Virus record (IMG/VR): IMGVR_UViG_3300009151_000061
Span: 1 to 64,000 of that record
Reading direction: 5' to 3' (one strand)
Length of the DNA stretch: 64,000 nucleotides
Source: a virus
Shown: positions 50,381-60,184 of the stretch, in pieces
How positions within the stretch are numbered: position 1 is the stretch's first letter
How the letters are laid out: every line of letters begins with the position of its first letter
The notes under the pieces: model-generated
Told to the model about the DNA's origin: nothing
The model's database searches: none
Seen by the model: the letters and a program-made list of their open reading frames with translations, nothing else
Made by a program: the position numbers and the translations under genes

Positions 50381-50550
50381 GTATCTGTTTCTTTACTATT
50401 TACATAATCAAATAGTAACTTTTCTATAAGTTTTGATCTTTTATACCCTTTTTTAGTAGATATATCATCTACTTTTTTTAGTAAATTTTCATTTATGTTA
50501 ATAGTCAATGAAGGCTTTTTCTCTTCTATAGATTTTCTATTTCTACCCAT
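50377..50550 (-). CDS. Ribbon-helix-helix (CopG/Arc-like) protein, absent from ORF track
   Basis: MGRNRKSIEEKKPSLTININENLLKKVDDISTKKGIKRSKLIEKLLFDYV (57 aa). Confidence 0.8.
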   Translation of the reverse strand: MGRNRKSIEEKKPSLTININENLLKKVDDISTKKGYKRSKLIEKLLFDYVNSKETDT

Positions 50551-50625
50551 ATCTATTATATATTAATTCATTATAAAAGTTATAAAACTATGTCGAGGGA
50601 CATAGTTTTATTTTATATATATACT

Positions 50626-50778
50626 ATGAAAAAGAAAAAGAAAATATCTGTTTCAATAAACAGATTTCTATTAGAAAAAATAGAAAAACTAACTACGAAT
50701 AAAAGTAGACTAATAGAACAAATCCTATTAGACTATCTAAATAAATCGGGAATAAAAACAGATGATATTATACTATGA
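50626..50778 (+). CDS. Ribbon-helix-helix protein
   Basis: KKISVSINRFLLEKIEKLTTNKSRLIEQILLDYL; ATGA overlap with the HNH gene. Confidence 0.75.
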   Translation: MKKKKKISVSINRFLLEKIEKLTTNKSRLIEQILLDYLNKSGIKTDDIIL

Positions 50779-51446
50779 TATACAAAACTTGTAAAGTATG
50801 TAAAATAAACAAAGATATAAATGACTTTACCAAATGTAAAGAGTGTAGAGATGGATATACAAATCAATGTAAGAAATGTATATATGATAAACTAAGATCT
50901 CGAATAGAAAGTGATAGAGAAAAATTTAACAAAAAAGCTAGAAATTGGAGGCAAAATCCAGCAGCTAAGGGTAAAATATCCAAATATAACAAATCATATG
51001 GTGAAAAAAATAAGGATTTGAATAAAATTAGAAGAAAAAAATATACAGAAGAAAATAGAGATAAAATTAGAGAATACAATAATCAATATACAAAGGAACG
51101 TATGTTGAATGACCCTATTTTTAAATTAAAAAAGACCATAAGATCTAGAATTAAAGAAGTGTTTGATAGTAAACAATATACAAAAAAATCAAAAACACAT
51201 GAAATACTCGGATGTTCATATGATGAACTAATGGTCTATTTAGAATCCAAATTTGAACCATGGATGACTTGGGAAAATAAAGGGTTGTATAATGGAGAAC
51301 TAAATTATGGATGGGATATAGATCATATAATACCTTTATCTTCAGCTAAAACTGAAGAAGATATTATCAAATTAAATCATTATACTAATCTACAACCACT
51401 ATGTAGTAAAATTAATAGAGATATTAAAAAAGATAGAATTACCTGA
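50775..51446 (+). CDS. Free-standing HNH-type endonuclease
   Basis: CKVC..CKKC; WDIDHIIPL...NHYTNLQPLCS..NR. Confidence 0.8.
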   Translation: MIYKTCKVCKINKDINDFTKCKECRDGYTNQCKKCIYDKLRSRIESDREKFNKKARNWRQNPAAKGKISKYNKSYGEKNKDLNKIRRKKYTEENRDKIREYNNQYTKERMLNDPIFKLKKTIRSRIKEVFDSKQYTKKSKTHEILGCSYDELMVYLESKFEPWMTWENKGLYNGELNYGWDIDHIIPLSSAKTEEDIIKLNHYTNLQPLCSKINRDIKKDRIT

Positions 51447-52071
51447 GTATCTGTCTCTTTATATAATGTAAAATGATAATCTCCTTTTCATTGATATTAT
51501 TACATTTAGCCCAGTTAAAAACATATGTATTCTCAAGGAATTGAGACTTGGTTTTTATAGTAGAGATTTCATCCTTTATTAGATTAGTTTCCTCTTCACT
51601 TATATCATATGGTATTCCTAACTTATCACATATCGTTAGTATTGGTAATAGACTATCATTATCATATGCCTTAGTTGCTTCCATATAAAGTTCTTTCAAA
51701 TAGAAGTCATTTACCTTATCAGGATGAGTTGATTTAACTATATTTCTATATAAACTTTTAAGTTTTGGATCTTTAGGAACCGTCACTATTTCATAGTCTT
51801 CCATATTTGGTTTATATGAAATAGGTTCAGCTGTCTCGACCAATGTCTCGACTATTGGATCGTTATTAGTTGGGATACTAACTTCAGACACTTTTGTCTT
51901 CTCATCAAAAAGGTTTTTTAACTCTGGATGTCCTTCTAAGAATATATTAACGTCTCTTATAAACTCGGCGTCGGCTCCGACAAGAAGCTCTGACTTATAA
52001 TCATAATCAGATTTAACAAAATCTAACTCTTTAATTAAACGGTGTATTTCTAGTTTGCGAATATGTTCCAC
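51439..52071 (-). CDS. J-domain (DnaJ-like) protein
   Basis: LKSLYRNIVKSTHPDK...ATKAY; GTG start. Confidence 0.7.
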   Translation of the reverse strand: MEHIRKLEIHRLIKELDFVKSDYDYKSELLVGADAEFIRDVNIFLEGHPELKNLFDEKTKVSEVSIPTNNDPIVETLVETAEPISYKPNMEDYEIVTVPKDPKLKSLYRNIVKSTHPDKVNDFYLKELYMEATKAYDNDSLLPILTICDKLGIPYDISEEETNLIKDEISTIKTKSQFLENTYVFNWAKCNNINEKEIIILHYIKRQILR

Positions 52072-52126
52072 TTACATATATATCATAAAGTATCCTTTTT
52101 GATTAAAAAAATTTAATATATACTTT

Positions 52127-52687
52127 ATGAAAAATTTTACAATAGAAGAATTAGTAGAGTTAAGAACTAAGATGATCCTTGAGAAAAAGGATACTACAAG
52201 TATCAACTTACTTATTGAATCTAAAGAAATGGAGTATTCTCAATATATTAAAGAAGACGGTGCTACTGGTGGTCCTTCTGGATCTGTTAATGCTGCATCA
52301 GTTGGATATGGTGGTGGTGGAGTTGCTTATGCTAATGCTGCTACTGGTGGTATGGGTGCTATAACAGCTGCTCAACCAGCTAACACGGCTGGTGTTACTA
52401 CAGAACCGGGTTATACATCAGGTGGTGGGAAAACTGGCTCTGGTGATATAGGAGTTCCTTATAATGCTGGCGGAACTAAAGTATTTCAAAAAGTACCAGC
52501 TGATAATAGAACCGGTGCTTCTACTAATAGGAGAAGAAAGAATAAAATATTAGCTGGACTTAAAAGTGTATTTGCTAAAAGACAAGACTTCACTGCTAGT
52601 CAGGGCAAAAGAACTTCACCAAAAGTTATGAACTTTGGAGACTTTCAAAAAGATAAAATAAATACCGTAACAAAAGTAGATCAATAA
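52127..52687 (+). CDS. Gly/Ala-rich hypothetical protein
   Basis: Late motif at 52113; IKE followed by low-complexity G/A/T tract. Confidence 0.7.
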   Translation: MKNFTIEELVELRTKMILEKKDTTSINLLIESKEMEYSQYIKEDGATGGPSGSVNAASVGYGGGGVAYANAATGGMGAITAAQPANTAGVTTEPGYTSGGGKTGSGDIGVPYNAGGTKVFQKVPADNRTGASTNRRRKNKILAGLKSVFAKRQDFTASQGKRTSPKVMNFGDFQKDKINTVTKVDQ

Positions 52688-52688
52688 T

Positions 52689-53138
52689 ATGAAACACATT
52701 AAGAGATTTAACACATTAAATGAGGCGTCTTCAACACCCCCACCAATAGATCCAAGAATCAGAAGGGAAAAGCAAGACACCGAAGTTAGAAATAAACAAA
52801 TGGTTACTAGAGAGTGGCTTGAGAATCATCCCTTTGATGGTGTTGAAAGCATAAGTGCTAACTCACACTTTGTGACTATTAATTTTGATAGAGGTTATAT
52901 TAGCATATCTAATCTAAAAGAAAACTTCTATAACCCAAGTGGTGCCAAATCATATAAGATGAAGGAAAAAGAATCTGTATCTTCTAATCTAACATCGGAT
53001 AAATGGAGAGAATTGATTAGTAAAAAAGATGAGTTCCTCTCATGGGTAGATAAGTTACTTATCTTCTGTGATATGGATAGACAAGCAATGAGACAACTAT
53101 TAGTATTAATGTCTGAAAAAGAAAGAAATAATTGGTAA
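52689..53138 (+). CDS. Hypothetical protein (MKHIKRFNTLNE tag)
   Basis: 149 aa ORF. Confidence 0.7.
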   Translation: MKHIKRFNTLNEASSTPPPIDPRIRREKQDTEVRNKQMVTREWLENHPFDGVESISANSHFVTINFDRGYISISNLKENFYNPSGAKSYKMKEKESVSSNLTSDKWRELISKKDEFLSWVDKLLIFCDMDRQAMRQLLVLMSEKERNNW

Positions 53139-53139
53139 G

Positions 53140-53556
53140 TTATTCAAATAACTTACCAATTTTTTTGTCCCTATCCGTTTGAGTTATTATACCTTTAATA
53201 ATTGGAGTCTTTTCCAATTCAATAATAGTATGATATATTCTAAAATATCCTGGTTGGTGTTCCAACACATATGGGATTTTTAATAAGTCAAAATCAGGAT
53301 GTTCTAATATACAATATTCTTTTATAGCTTCCATTCTAGCATCTTCCCAACTCATATCGTTATCAAGATTCCCAATTAACTTACCGATTATTGGAGTAAG
53401 GTGTTCCATATTAATTATATTTATAGTATTCCCCTTGAGATTCCAACTGGTAAATACCATTTTTATTTCTTTAAGCGGGTAAGTGTTGTTAGGATCTTTA
53501 ATCGACCATTCACCGGGTCCGATAGTTCCCGCATTTGCTTTGTATATTGGTTCCAT
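53140..53556 (-). CDS. Hypothetical protein with C-terminal RDKKIGKLF
   Basis: 138 aa ORF. Confidence 0.65.
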   Translation of the reverse strand: MEPIYKANAGTIGPGEWSIKDPNNTYPLKEIKMVFTSWNLKGNTINIINMEHLTPIIGKLIGNLDNDMSWEDARMEAIKEYCILEHPDFDLLKIPYVLEHQPGYFRIYHTIIELEKTPIIKGIITQTDRDKKIGKLFE

Positions 53557-53560
53557 ATCA

Positions 53561-53593
53561 TTTATAAACTTATAATAATATTTTGTTTATAAT
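53561..53593. promoter_or_regulatory. Two interdigitated divergent AAAC-N18-TATAA promoters
   Basis: + strand AAAC 53566 / TATAAT 53588; - strand AAAC 53588-85 / TATAAA 53566-61. Confidence 0.6.
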
Positions 53594-53610
53594 AATAAAA
53601 ATATTTTAAT

Positions 53611-54144
53611 ATGCCAAATACCAAAAAGGAGAAGATGATTATCCTAGGTGCTAGTGGTAGTGGTAAGGATTTTCTACTTCGTGAGTTAGTTAAAAAAAGT
53701 CTTAGATACTCACCAAAATTCACCACACGACCTAGAAGATCTCTAGAAAGAGAAGGCATTGATTATAATTATATTAACAACGATAAGTTCCTAACGATGA
53801 AAGATAAGGGAGAAGTTAAAGTTTATCAAAGCTTTCCAATCGGAAATGAGATATGGTACTATGGTATAACTAAAGAGAACTTCAATGATAATCAAGTATT
53901 CATAATGACTCCACATGAGTTATCACAATTGTCTGAAATTGATAGAGCTGGTATATTCATAGTTTATTTAGATATACCAGAAGATGTCAGAAGAAAAAGA
54001 ATATCTAACCGTAGTGATAATAACGACTCGGTTGAACGCCGAATAAGAGCAGATGAATTAGACTTCGAGGGATTTAATACTTATGACTTAAAGATAACTG
54101 ATCCGGAATTTGATGCAGATTCTCTTTATGAGTTAATGGATTAA
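53611..54144 (+). CDS. gmk: Guanylate kinase
   Basis: GASGSGKD, TTRPRR..EREGIDYNY, WYYG. Confidence 0.85.
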   Translation: MPNTKKEKMIILGASGSGKDFLLRELVKKSLRYSPKFTTRPRRSLEREGIDYNYINNDKFLTMKDKGEVKVYQSFPIGNEIWYYGITKENFNDNQVFIMTPHELSQLSEIDRAGIFIVYLDIPEDVRRKRISNRSDNNDSVERRIRADELDFEGFNTYDLKITDPEFDADSLYELMD

Positions 54145-54145
54145 T

Positions 54146-55207
54146 CTATAATGATTTTTTATACTCACTTTCCCATATAGAAACTATATTATATCCTTTA
54201 TTGATAAGGTTTTTTTCCTTATTAAGAGTTTTCTTATATAGATACCCAAATGTTGAATTGGTGAGGGGATTTATATTATTTGGATTGTAAATATTTGGAT
54301 TACCATGCCAAAAATCACCATTGAACTCATAAATTGTATTTGTTAATGGATCATATCCATCAACAATATATTTACCTATTTTATATTGTCTATGCTCATT
54401 TTTGATACTTAATGAGTCTAACCATTCTGTCTCTAATTTAGAAATCGATATTTCAGATCCACAAGATTTACATCCGAATCCACGTATATGATCATTTGCT
54501 ATTTGTTTAAATATACCATGTTTGGGACAAATTATTTCAAGTTTTAATTTAGATGATTCATATTTTGTTATTGAGTAGTCATATTTATTATTATGTACCA
54601 TATTAGAATAATCAATAAATTCAATTGTTGATCGCTTTCTATTTTTTAATGAACATTTAAAACATCCAAACCCTCTCAAATGTTGACTAGCGGTTTGTTC
54701 AAACAATCCATGTTCTTTGCATATTATTTTAATCTTTGAATGAGATCCTTTATATATTGATTGAGAGTAATCATACTTATTTTTATGTTTATTTTTGCAA
54801 ATTTCGATGAAGTTATCTGTTGTTATTTTTTTACACAAAGGGCAACCTTGTCCTCTTAAATGGTTTTTTGGTGATTTCTCAAACACTCCATGTTTTTCAC
54901 ATATAATTTTAACCTTATTGTGTGTAGTGGAATAACATACCATTGAGTAATCATATTTATTATTGTGTATTGTATTAGATGATTCAACAAATTTTAAAAC
55001 AGATGTTCTTCTATTATCATTTTTGCATTTTTTGCAAGAGTTTCCAATTAAATGTGAACCAACTCTCTGTTTAAAAATTCCATGAGTTGGACATATTATA
55101 CACACAATTGAATCATTATTTGTAAAATATACAAGAGAATAATCATACTTATTATTATGGATATCATTTGACCTTTCGATAAATTCTGATAATACTATTT
55201 TTTTCAT
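54146..55207 (-). CDS. Putative homing endonuclease: repeated DUF723-like Zn modules plus Vsr/PD-(D/E)XK domain
   Basis: Four HxNKYDYS...IICxxHG.F.Q...H..G.GC repeats; VDGY...YEFNGDFWHG; likely start 55207. Confidence 0.8.
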   Translation of the reverse strand: MKKIVLSEFIERSNDIHNNKYDYSLVYFTNNDSIVCIICPTHGIFKQRVGSHLIGNSCKKCKNDNRRTSVLKFVESSNTIHNNKYDYSMVCYSTTHNKVKIICEKHGVFEKSPKNHLRGQGCPLCKKITTDNFIEICKNKHKNKYDYSQSIYKGSHSKIKIICKEHGLFEQTASQHLRGFGCFKCSLKNRKRSTIEFIDYSNMVHNNKYDYSITKYESSKLKLEIICPKHGIFKQIANDHIRGFGCKSCGSEISISKLETEWLDSLSIKNEHRQYKIGKYIVDGYDPLTNTIYEFNGDFWHGNPNIYNPNNINPLTNSTFGYLYKKTLNKEKNLINKGYNIVSIWESEYKKSL

Positions 55208-55253
55208 ATTGTATATATTAAAATCCAACCCATTACTTTGTCCATTATAATTT

Positions 55254-55985
55254 TTATGGTTCTGTAAAAATTTTATTACCATCTGTGAACTTTAATCCCT
55301 TTAACTGTCCATTAATGGAGTTACAAATATGCTCACTGTTACTAATAGTATTTTCTAATATTGAAAGCATTATATTCAATATAGAATATATTTTTAATAA
55401 ATTCTTTTCAGAAGTATAAAACTGACTATCACAAACACCACTTATTAAATCTATTGTAAGTGATATTATATCATTATTCTTTATCTTCATCTTCTCAATA
55501 ACTATCTTAGGTATTCCACTATTTTCCATTTCCCTTTCATAGTCGTAGATAGTATCATTAATAAGAGTTAATAATGAGTTCCAAAGAGTAGGATCATCCA
55601 TAGTCTCAAACTTTTTATCATCAACATATTTCTTAATATTTTCTTTGTGCTTTTTTAGATAAATAGATAAGTATTTTCTAAACACAACAGTTCTATACTC
55701 AGTTGAAAACTGAATAGTTGGGACTCTTGAATACATCCAAAAGTCAATATACTTAAAGATTTCATGGTTTAATATATCGGATTCTGTTATAGTTCTAATA
55801 TTAACAGTCTCCGTTTTTTTCTTCATTACTTTATCAAGAAAACGATCACTTATTTTAGTCATAAAACTATTGAACCATGTGGACTTAGTTAACATAAGGA
55901 CAAGAGTATAAACTACACCAGCTAGTATAGTAACCATCACACTTTGACCCAAATGTTTTTCAAAATATTGAAATATATCTTTCAT
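55254..55985 (-). CDS. Hypothetical protein with N-terminal TM helix
   Basis: VMVTILAGVVYTLVLML. Confidence 0.7.
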   Translation of the reverse strand: MKDIFQYFEKHLGQSVMVTILAGVVYTLVLMLTKSTWFNSFMTKISDRFLDKVMKKKTETVNIRTITESDILNHEIFKYIDFWMYSRVPTIQFSTEYRTVVFRKYLSIYLKKHKENIKKYVDDKKFETMDDPTLWNSLLTLINDTIYDYEREMENSGIPKIVIEKMKIKNNDIISLTIDLISGVCDSQFYTSEKNLLKIYSILNIMLSILENTISNSEHICNSINGQLKGLKFTDGNKIFTEP

Positions 55986-56067
55986 ATTAATATATATTAA
56001 AATTGTAGACCAATTTTAATTAAGAGCTTAGAATTTTAATATATATTCAAGAAACATAATATATCAC

Positions 56068-57789
56068 ATGAATTTAACCGAGTTAAGTTTTAGTAAAGTA
56101 AAAACACAAATAGAATCATTTCTACAACAGGAGTATTCCAAGTCGGGAATACTGTATTCTAATGCTAGTCCATATGGACAGATACTATCTGTCGTTGAAA
56201 ACTTATATCAATTATCTTTTCTTTATCTAAAGAATAGTATTAAGCAATATGACTTGTCTAACTACAACTCACTTAACTCCAGAATAATCAGAAACGCTGC
56301 CATATTCGCTGGACATATTCCGGGTAGGAATATAAGCGCAACCGGAACGTTAAAGTTTACGCTAAAAACATCAGCTGATCCTTCAACTGATATACCCGGC
56401 TCAAGACTAACATTAATAAATCATCAAACTCTAAAAAATAAAACCAATGGTTTATTCTATTCAATAAATTTAGGAACAGATAAACAATCTTATAAGATAT
56501 CAACCAATTCAGTATTCTATGTGAATATTATTCAAGGTCAGTGGGAGATAACAACATTTACAGGCACGGGACAAGAAAATCAGACATATCAAATATCATT
56601 AAGAGGTAATCAAAAAGATGTAGAACAATTTAACTATTTAGTTCTTGTAAATGGTCAATATTGGACTGTTAAAAAGGGTATATATGATATGTTACCTGAC
56701 GAACAAGCTTGTGTTATTAGAACAGGATTTGACGGTGGCATTGATGTTATATTTGGTAACTCTGGTTTTGGAGCTATCCCACCAATTGGATCGGTTATTA
56801 AAGTAAACTATTTGGTAAGCGATGGTTCTGTTGGATCTATATTTAGAAGGACATTAAATGACTGGACTTTTGTAGACCCAGCAACTGATGGATTTGGTAA
56901 TACCATAGATTTATCTAAATACTTTGATGTATCCATCTATACTGATATTAACTTTGGTGCTGATAAGGAAACAACCACTTTTACCAAGAATGTTTTACCA
57001 ATAGTAAGTACCAATTTTGTACTAGGACTTCCTCAACAATATGCTTATGCGATTAAAAGACTAGGAGTATTCTCTTATGTAAATGCTTATGAATCATATG
57101 GTACTGTTTATATAGTTGCTGCACCAAATGTATTGCTATTCAAGAATGCTAACTCTGATTACTTCACAATAGATATTAGAGCTTTTGAACTTGATTCATA
57201 TGAAATATCTAAAATAGACTTGTATTTAAGAACTGGTGGTAATATTTTATTATCACAGAGATATCAAATAAGCTCACCTACCTTATCTTATTATGTAATG
57301 AATGTATTTGTTATAACTTACTCCGATGCTCAAATGGACTCGGTTAATGCTCAAATACAAGAAGTCGTGTCTAACTACTTTTTGAATTTTACTAGATTGG
57401 ATAGAGTACCTAAAAGTGACCTAGTACAGTTAATATCACAGATAAATGAGATATACTCAGTTGATGTATCTTTTATCAGTAAGAAGAATGAAGACTACCA
57501 CATTAGGAATATAACAGCTGATACAAATAGATATAACCAATATACTTCAAAAGCTGCTTTGAAACTGGTAAGACCTAACCCAACATATAACAAGAGTGAA
57601 TCATTGGGATTAGATCCAATACTAGGAGATATTATTTTTAAACCAAGTGAGATACCTGTTATTAGAGGTGGTTGGTCAGATAGAAATGGTATATACTATT
57701 CAGATCATATAGATGATTCTGGACTAAAGTCACTTAATATAATAAATAAGGGAACTATTGACGCTAATAATAGACCACAAATACAATAA
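56068..57789 (+). CDS. Baseplate wedge subunit (T4 gp6-like)
   Basis: TELSFSKVK..IE.FL, A.FAGH.P.R.ISA, VIFGNSGFGAIPP.G..I.VNYLVSDG..G. Confidence 0.8.
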   Translation: MNLTELSFSKVKTQIESFLQQEYSKSGILYSNASPYGQILSVVENLYQLSFLYLKNSIKQYDLSNYNSLNSRIIRNAAIFAGHIPGRNISATGTLKFTLKTSADPSTDIPGSRLTLINHQTLKNKTNGLFYSINLGTDKQSYKISTNSVFYVNIIQGQWEITTFTGTGQENQTYQISLRGNQKDVEQFNYLVLVNGQYWTVKKGIYDMLPDEQACVIRTGFDGGIDVIFGNSGFGAIPPIGSVIKVNYLVSDGSVGSIFRRTLNDWTFVDPATDGFGNTIDLSKYFDVSIYTDINFGADKETTTFTKNVLPIVSTNFVLGLPQQYAYAIKRLGVFSYVNAYESYGTVYIVAAPNVLLFKNANSDYFTIDIRAFELDSYEISKIDLYLRTGGNILLSQRYQISSPTLSYYVMNVFVITYSDAQMDSVNAQIQEVVSNYFLNFTRLDRVPKSDLVQLISQINEIYSVDVSFISKKNEDYHIRNITADTNRYNQYTSKAALKLVRPNPTYNKSESLGLDPILGDIIFKPSEIPVIRGGWSDRNGIYYSDHIDDSGLKSLNIINKGTIDANNRPQIQ

Positions 57790-57795
57790 TAAAAT

Positions 57796-58050
57796 ATGTA
57801 CTACGAAGAACAATCACTACCAGAGTTACACACTCTGAAACATAGATGGGATGATGATAAGAACTATGTTGATTATGAAAATAAAATACTTAATAATACT
57901 TTATCTCCGTTTATTTTCTCAAGTGATCTAATGAATAGTTTTTTACAGAAGTTACAGAGACCGGTATCTATACTTTTTGATAACTTTAACATCATTAAGA
58001 ACTTTAAAAACTATAATGTAGATAAATACTATTATAAACATAAGCATTAA
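57796..58050 (+). CDS. Hypothetical protein following gp6-like gene
   Basis: 84 aa ORF. Confidence 0.65.
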   Translation: MYYEEQSLPELHTLKHRWDDDKNYVDYENKILNNTLSPFIFSSDLMNSFLQKLQRPVSILFDNFNIIKNFKNYNVDKYYYKHKH

Positions 58051-58121
58051 TTTAAAAAAAGATAAAAAACCAGATTGATTCTTTAATATATAAGTATATT
58101 AAGATAAAAGATAAAAAACCT

Positions 58122-58742
58122 ATGATTAAAAAGTTTTCAGAAATGAGTGGACCTAACCCAGGTAAAGAGTCAACTAAGAAGCCAGCTTCTAGTCCAGTTC
58201 AACCTGATGTAGACTCAGATAGACCTATGAACCCCAACCTTCCTTATAACAAGGAAAAGGTTGAGAAGCCTATGTCTACAAAGTATATGATGCCGAATGC
58301 TGATACTGATCCACAAGAACCGTTTAGTGATATTAAGGTTGCTAAAAAAGATGATACTAATGAAAATGTAAAATTCTATGGTAAAGTTGCTAAACTTCCT
58401 AAGGGAACAAAAGCTTCTAAAGGATATAATTTCTTAGAGAATGTAAAGGTATCTAAATCTTCTATCTGGTATTTAATGGTTGAGAAACAAGACAACGAAC
58501 TTCAAATGGTTAAGTATAATCATAAGAAAGGTGTTAACCTTAGTGAGTTTGTAACTGATTTGAAAACATATTATATATCTAAGTATAAGAGCAATCCAAA
58601 GGTTTGTAAAATGATCGAAGCAATCGAGGTTGATGGTAACGATAAATACTCTTGGATTAAAAATATTCCACTGGTTGAAGTTGAAGGAAAGAAAATGATT
58701 TCTAAAATCACCGAAGACTTAATAAAACTTTTAAGTAAATAA
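58122..58742 (+). CDS. Hypothetical protein (MIKKFSE tag)
   Basis: Late motif at 58083. Confidence 0.75.
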   Translation: MIKKFSEMSGPNPGKESTKKPASSPVQPDVDSDRPMNPNLPYNKEKVEKPMSTKYMMPNADTDPQEPFSDIKVAKKDDTNENVKFYGKVAKLPKGTKASKGYNFLENVKVSKSSIWYLMVEKQDNELQMVKYNHKKGVNLSEFVTDLKTYYISKYKSNPKVCKMIEAIEVDGNDKYSWIKNIPLVEVEGKKMISKITEDLIKLLSK

Positions 58743-58984
58743 TGAAACATTTAAGAAAGATAAATGAAAATAGAGAAGATATAGTAAATTCATCTTTTCA
58801 CTTCCTAATCCACTCTGGTGGACACAAATTGTGGCAAGATAAATTCAACAAAGGAATCGAATTTTTAAAATCTCTTAATCTTACAGATGAACAATATAAG
58901 GAGTTGGGAAAATTATGGGAAACCTACGAAGATTTTGTAATAGAAAGGGAAGACACTAAGGACGCATACAATGAAGAATATTAA
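58742..58984 (+). CDS. Hypothetical protein (MKHLRKINE tag)
   Basis: 80 aa ORF. Confidence 0.7.
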   Translation: MKHLRKINENREDIVNSSFHFLIHSGGHKLWQDKFNKGIEFLKSLNLTDEQYKELGKLWETYEDFVIEREDTKDAYNEEY

Positions 58985-59012
58985 AAAGACTCAGATTACT
59001 CTGAGTCTTTTT
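58983..59012. terminator. Bidirectional intrinsic terminator
   Basis: AAAAAGACTCAGA-TTAC-TCTGAGTCTTTTT. Confidence 0.85.
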
Positions 59013-59328
59013 CATTTAATAAATCATTTAACTTTTCTTCTCTTTCCCTTGATGTAGAATAATACTCTATACGAATCTGTGTTATCCTACCCATTCTTTT
59101 ATTATCTGGAATCGGTATAGTACTTGGGAATGTTATTTTTAAGACTTGTGTTGGTACATTATAATGAAATCCACACATATACTCCCAATCATCCTCAATA
59201 ATAGCATATACTGATGATATACTATTTGCATCTATATTAATGACGCTCTTGACTCCATGTGAGTATATCCCAGAGTATGGACTCCAAGTAAGATAATCAT
59301 AATCAATATAGTCTTTATATAGTTTCAT
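58996..59328 (-). CDS. Hypothetical protein with REEKLNDLL
   Basis: 110 aa ORF. Confidence 0.65.
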   Translation of the reverse strand: MKLYKDYIDYDYLTWSPYSGIYSHGVKSVINIDANSISSVYAIIEDDWEYMCGFHYNVPTQVLKITFPSTIPIPDNKRMGRITQIRIEYYSTSREREEKLNDLLNEKDSE

Positions 59329-59587
59329 TTAATATATCATCTATTTTCTCATCTCGTAAGTCGTTTAGATTAATAAAGTGTTCATTAAAAGTATCTAAAC
59401 TGTAAGGTCCTAGATAAACTGGGTTAGTAAGCGAATACTTATTAAATATCCTATCTTCAATAAAATACCCTTCCTCCTCATTTCGTATATCACTTACTGC
59501 GCTCAGCAAATGATAATGATAATCATCACCTAAATTAAAAACTCTAAGACCTCCTGCAGTTAAATCCTTCTTACATCTTACTTTCAT
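59315..59587 (-). CDS. Hypothetical protein with RDEKIDDIL
   Basis: 90 aa ORF. Confidence 0.65.
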   Translation of the reverse strand: MKVRCKKDLTAGGLRVFNLGDDYHYHLLSAVSDIRNEEEGYFIEDRIFNKYSLTNPVYLGPYSLDTFNEHFINLNDLRDEKIDDILNETI

Positions 59588-60141
59588 CCAATAACTTTTA
59601 ATATATGATCTACCCGATCTTCGAGTTTTATTAGACTCATATCGTTATGGGTTATATTCTCCAGTTCTAAATAAGATTTAATCCATCTATCAATTTTAAC
59701 AATTTCTTCTTTGTTTTGATATCTAATACCATCTTCAGTGTCAGTATCGATTGACGGAACATAAAAAATGTAGTCGATAAAGTTAATATGCTTTAGAATT
59801 TCTTTTTGTATATGATTAATTGAGGCTATATCTTTATTTGAGAGTTTACTAGGGTATAGAGATCTATAGTAGAAATAATTCAAAATAGAGCTAGAGTCAC
59901 ATATAATATAATCTTTATTTTCCAAAAACATCTTCTCTCTATTTAATTGTTTATAAAATATAACTAATTGATCAATTGGCTCATTTGGTATTCCATACTC
60001 TGCGATATAGTCAGTAGATACCTCGGAAATAAACATAGAATTTTTGCCCATTTTTTTCAGCCTAGTATGAACTTCAGCAGCAAGAGTTGATTTACCAGAC
60101 GCCGGCGGTCCAAATATTTGAATTAATTTTCCTTTCTTCAT
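59584..60141 (-). CDS. P-loop kinase, NadR/AAA_28-like
   Basis: GPPASGKST, ISE...Y, IICDS, DGIRYQ. Confidence 0.7.
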   Translation of the reverse strand: MKKGKLIQIFGPPASGKSTLAAEVHTRLKKMGKNSMFISEVSTDYIAEYGIPNEPIDQLVIFYKQLNREKMFLENKDYIICDSSSILNYFYYRSLYPSKLSNKDIASINHIQKEILKHINFIDYIFYVPSIDTDTEDGIRYQNKEEIVKIDRWIKSYLELENITHNDMSLIKLEDRVDHILKVIG

Positions 60142-60184
60142 TTATTTTATAAAATAAAATATGGGTAAAGTTTATATATAGATA

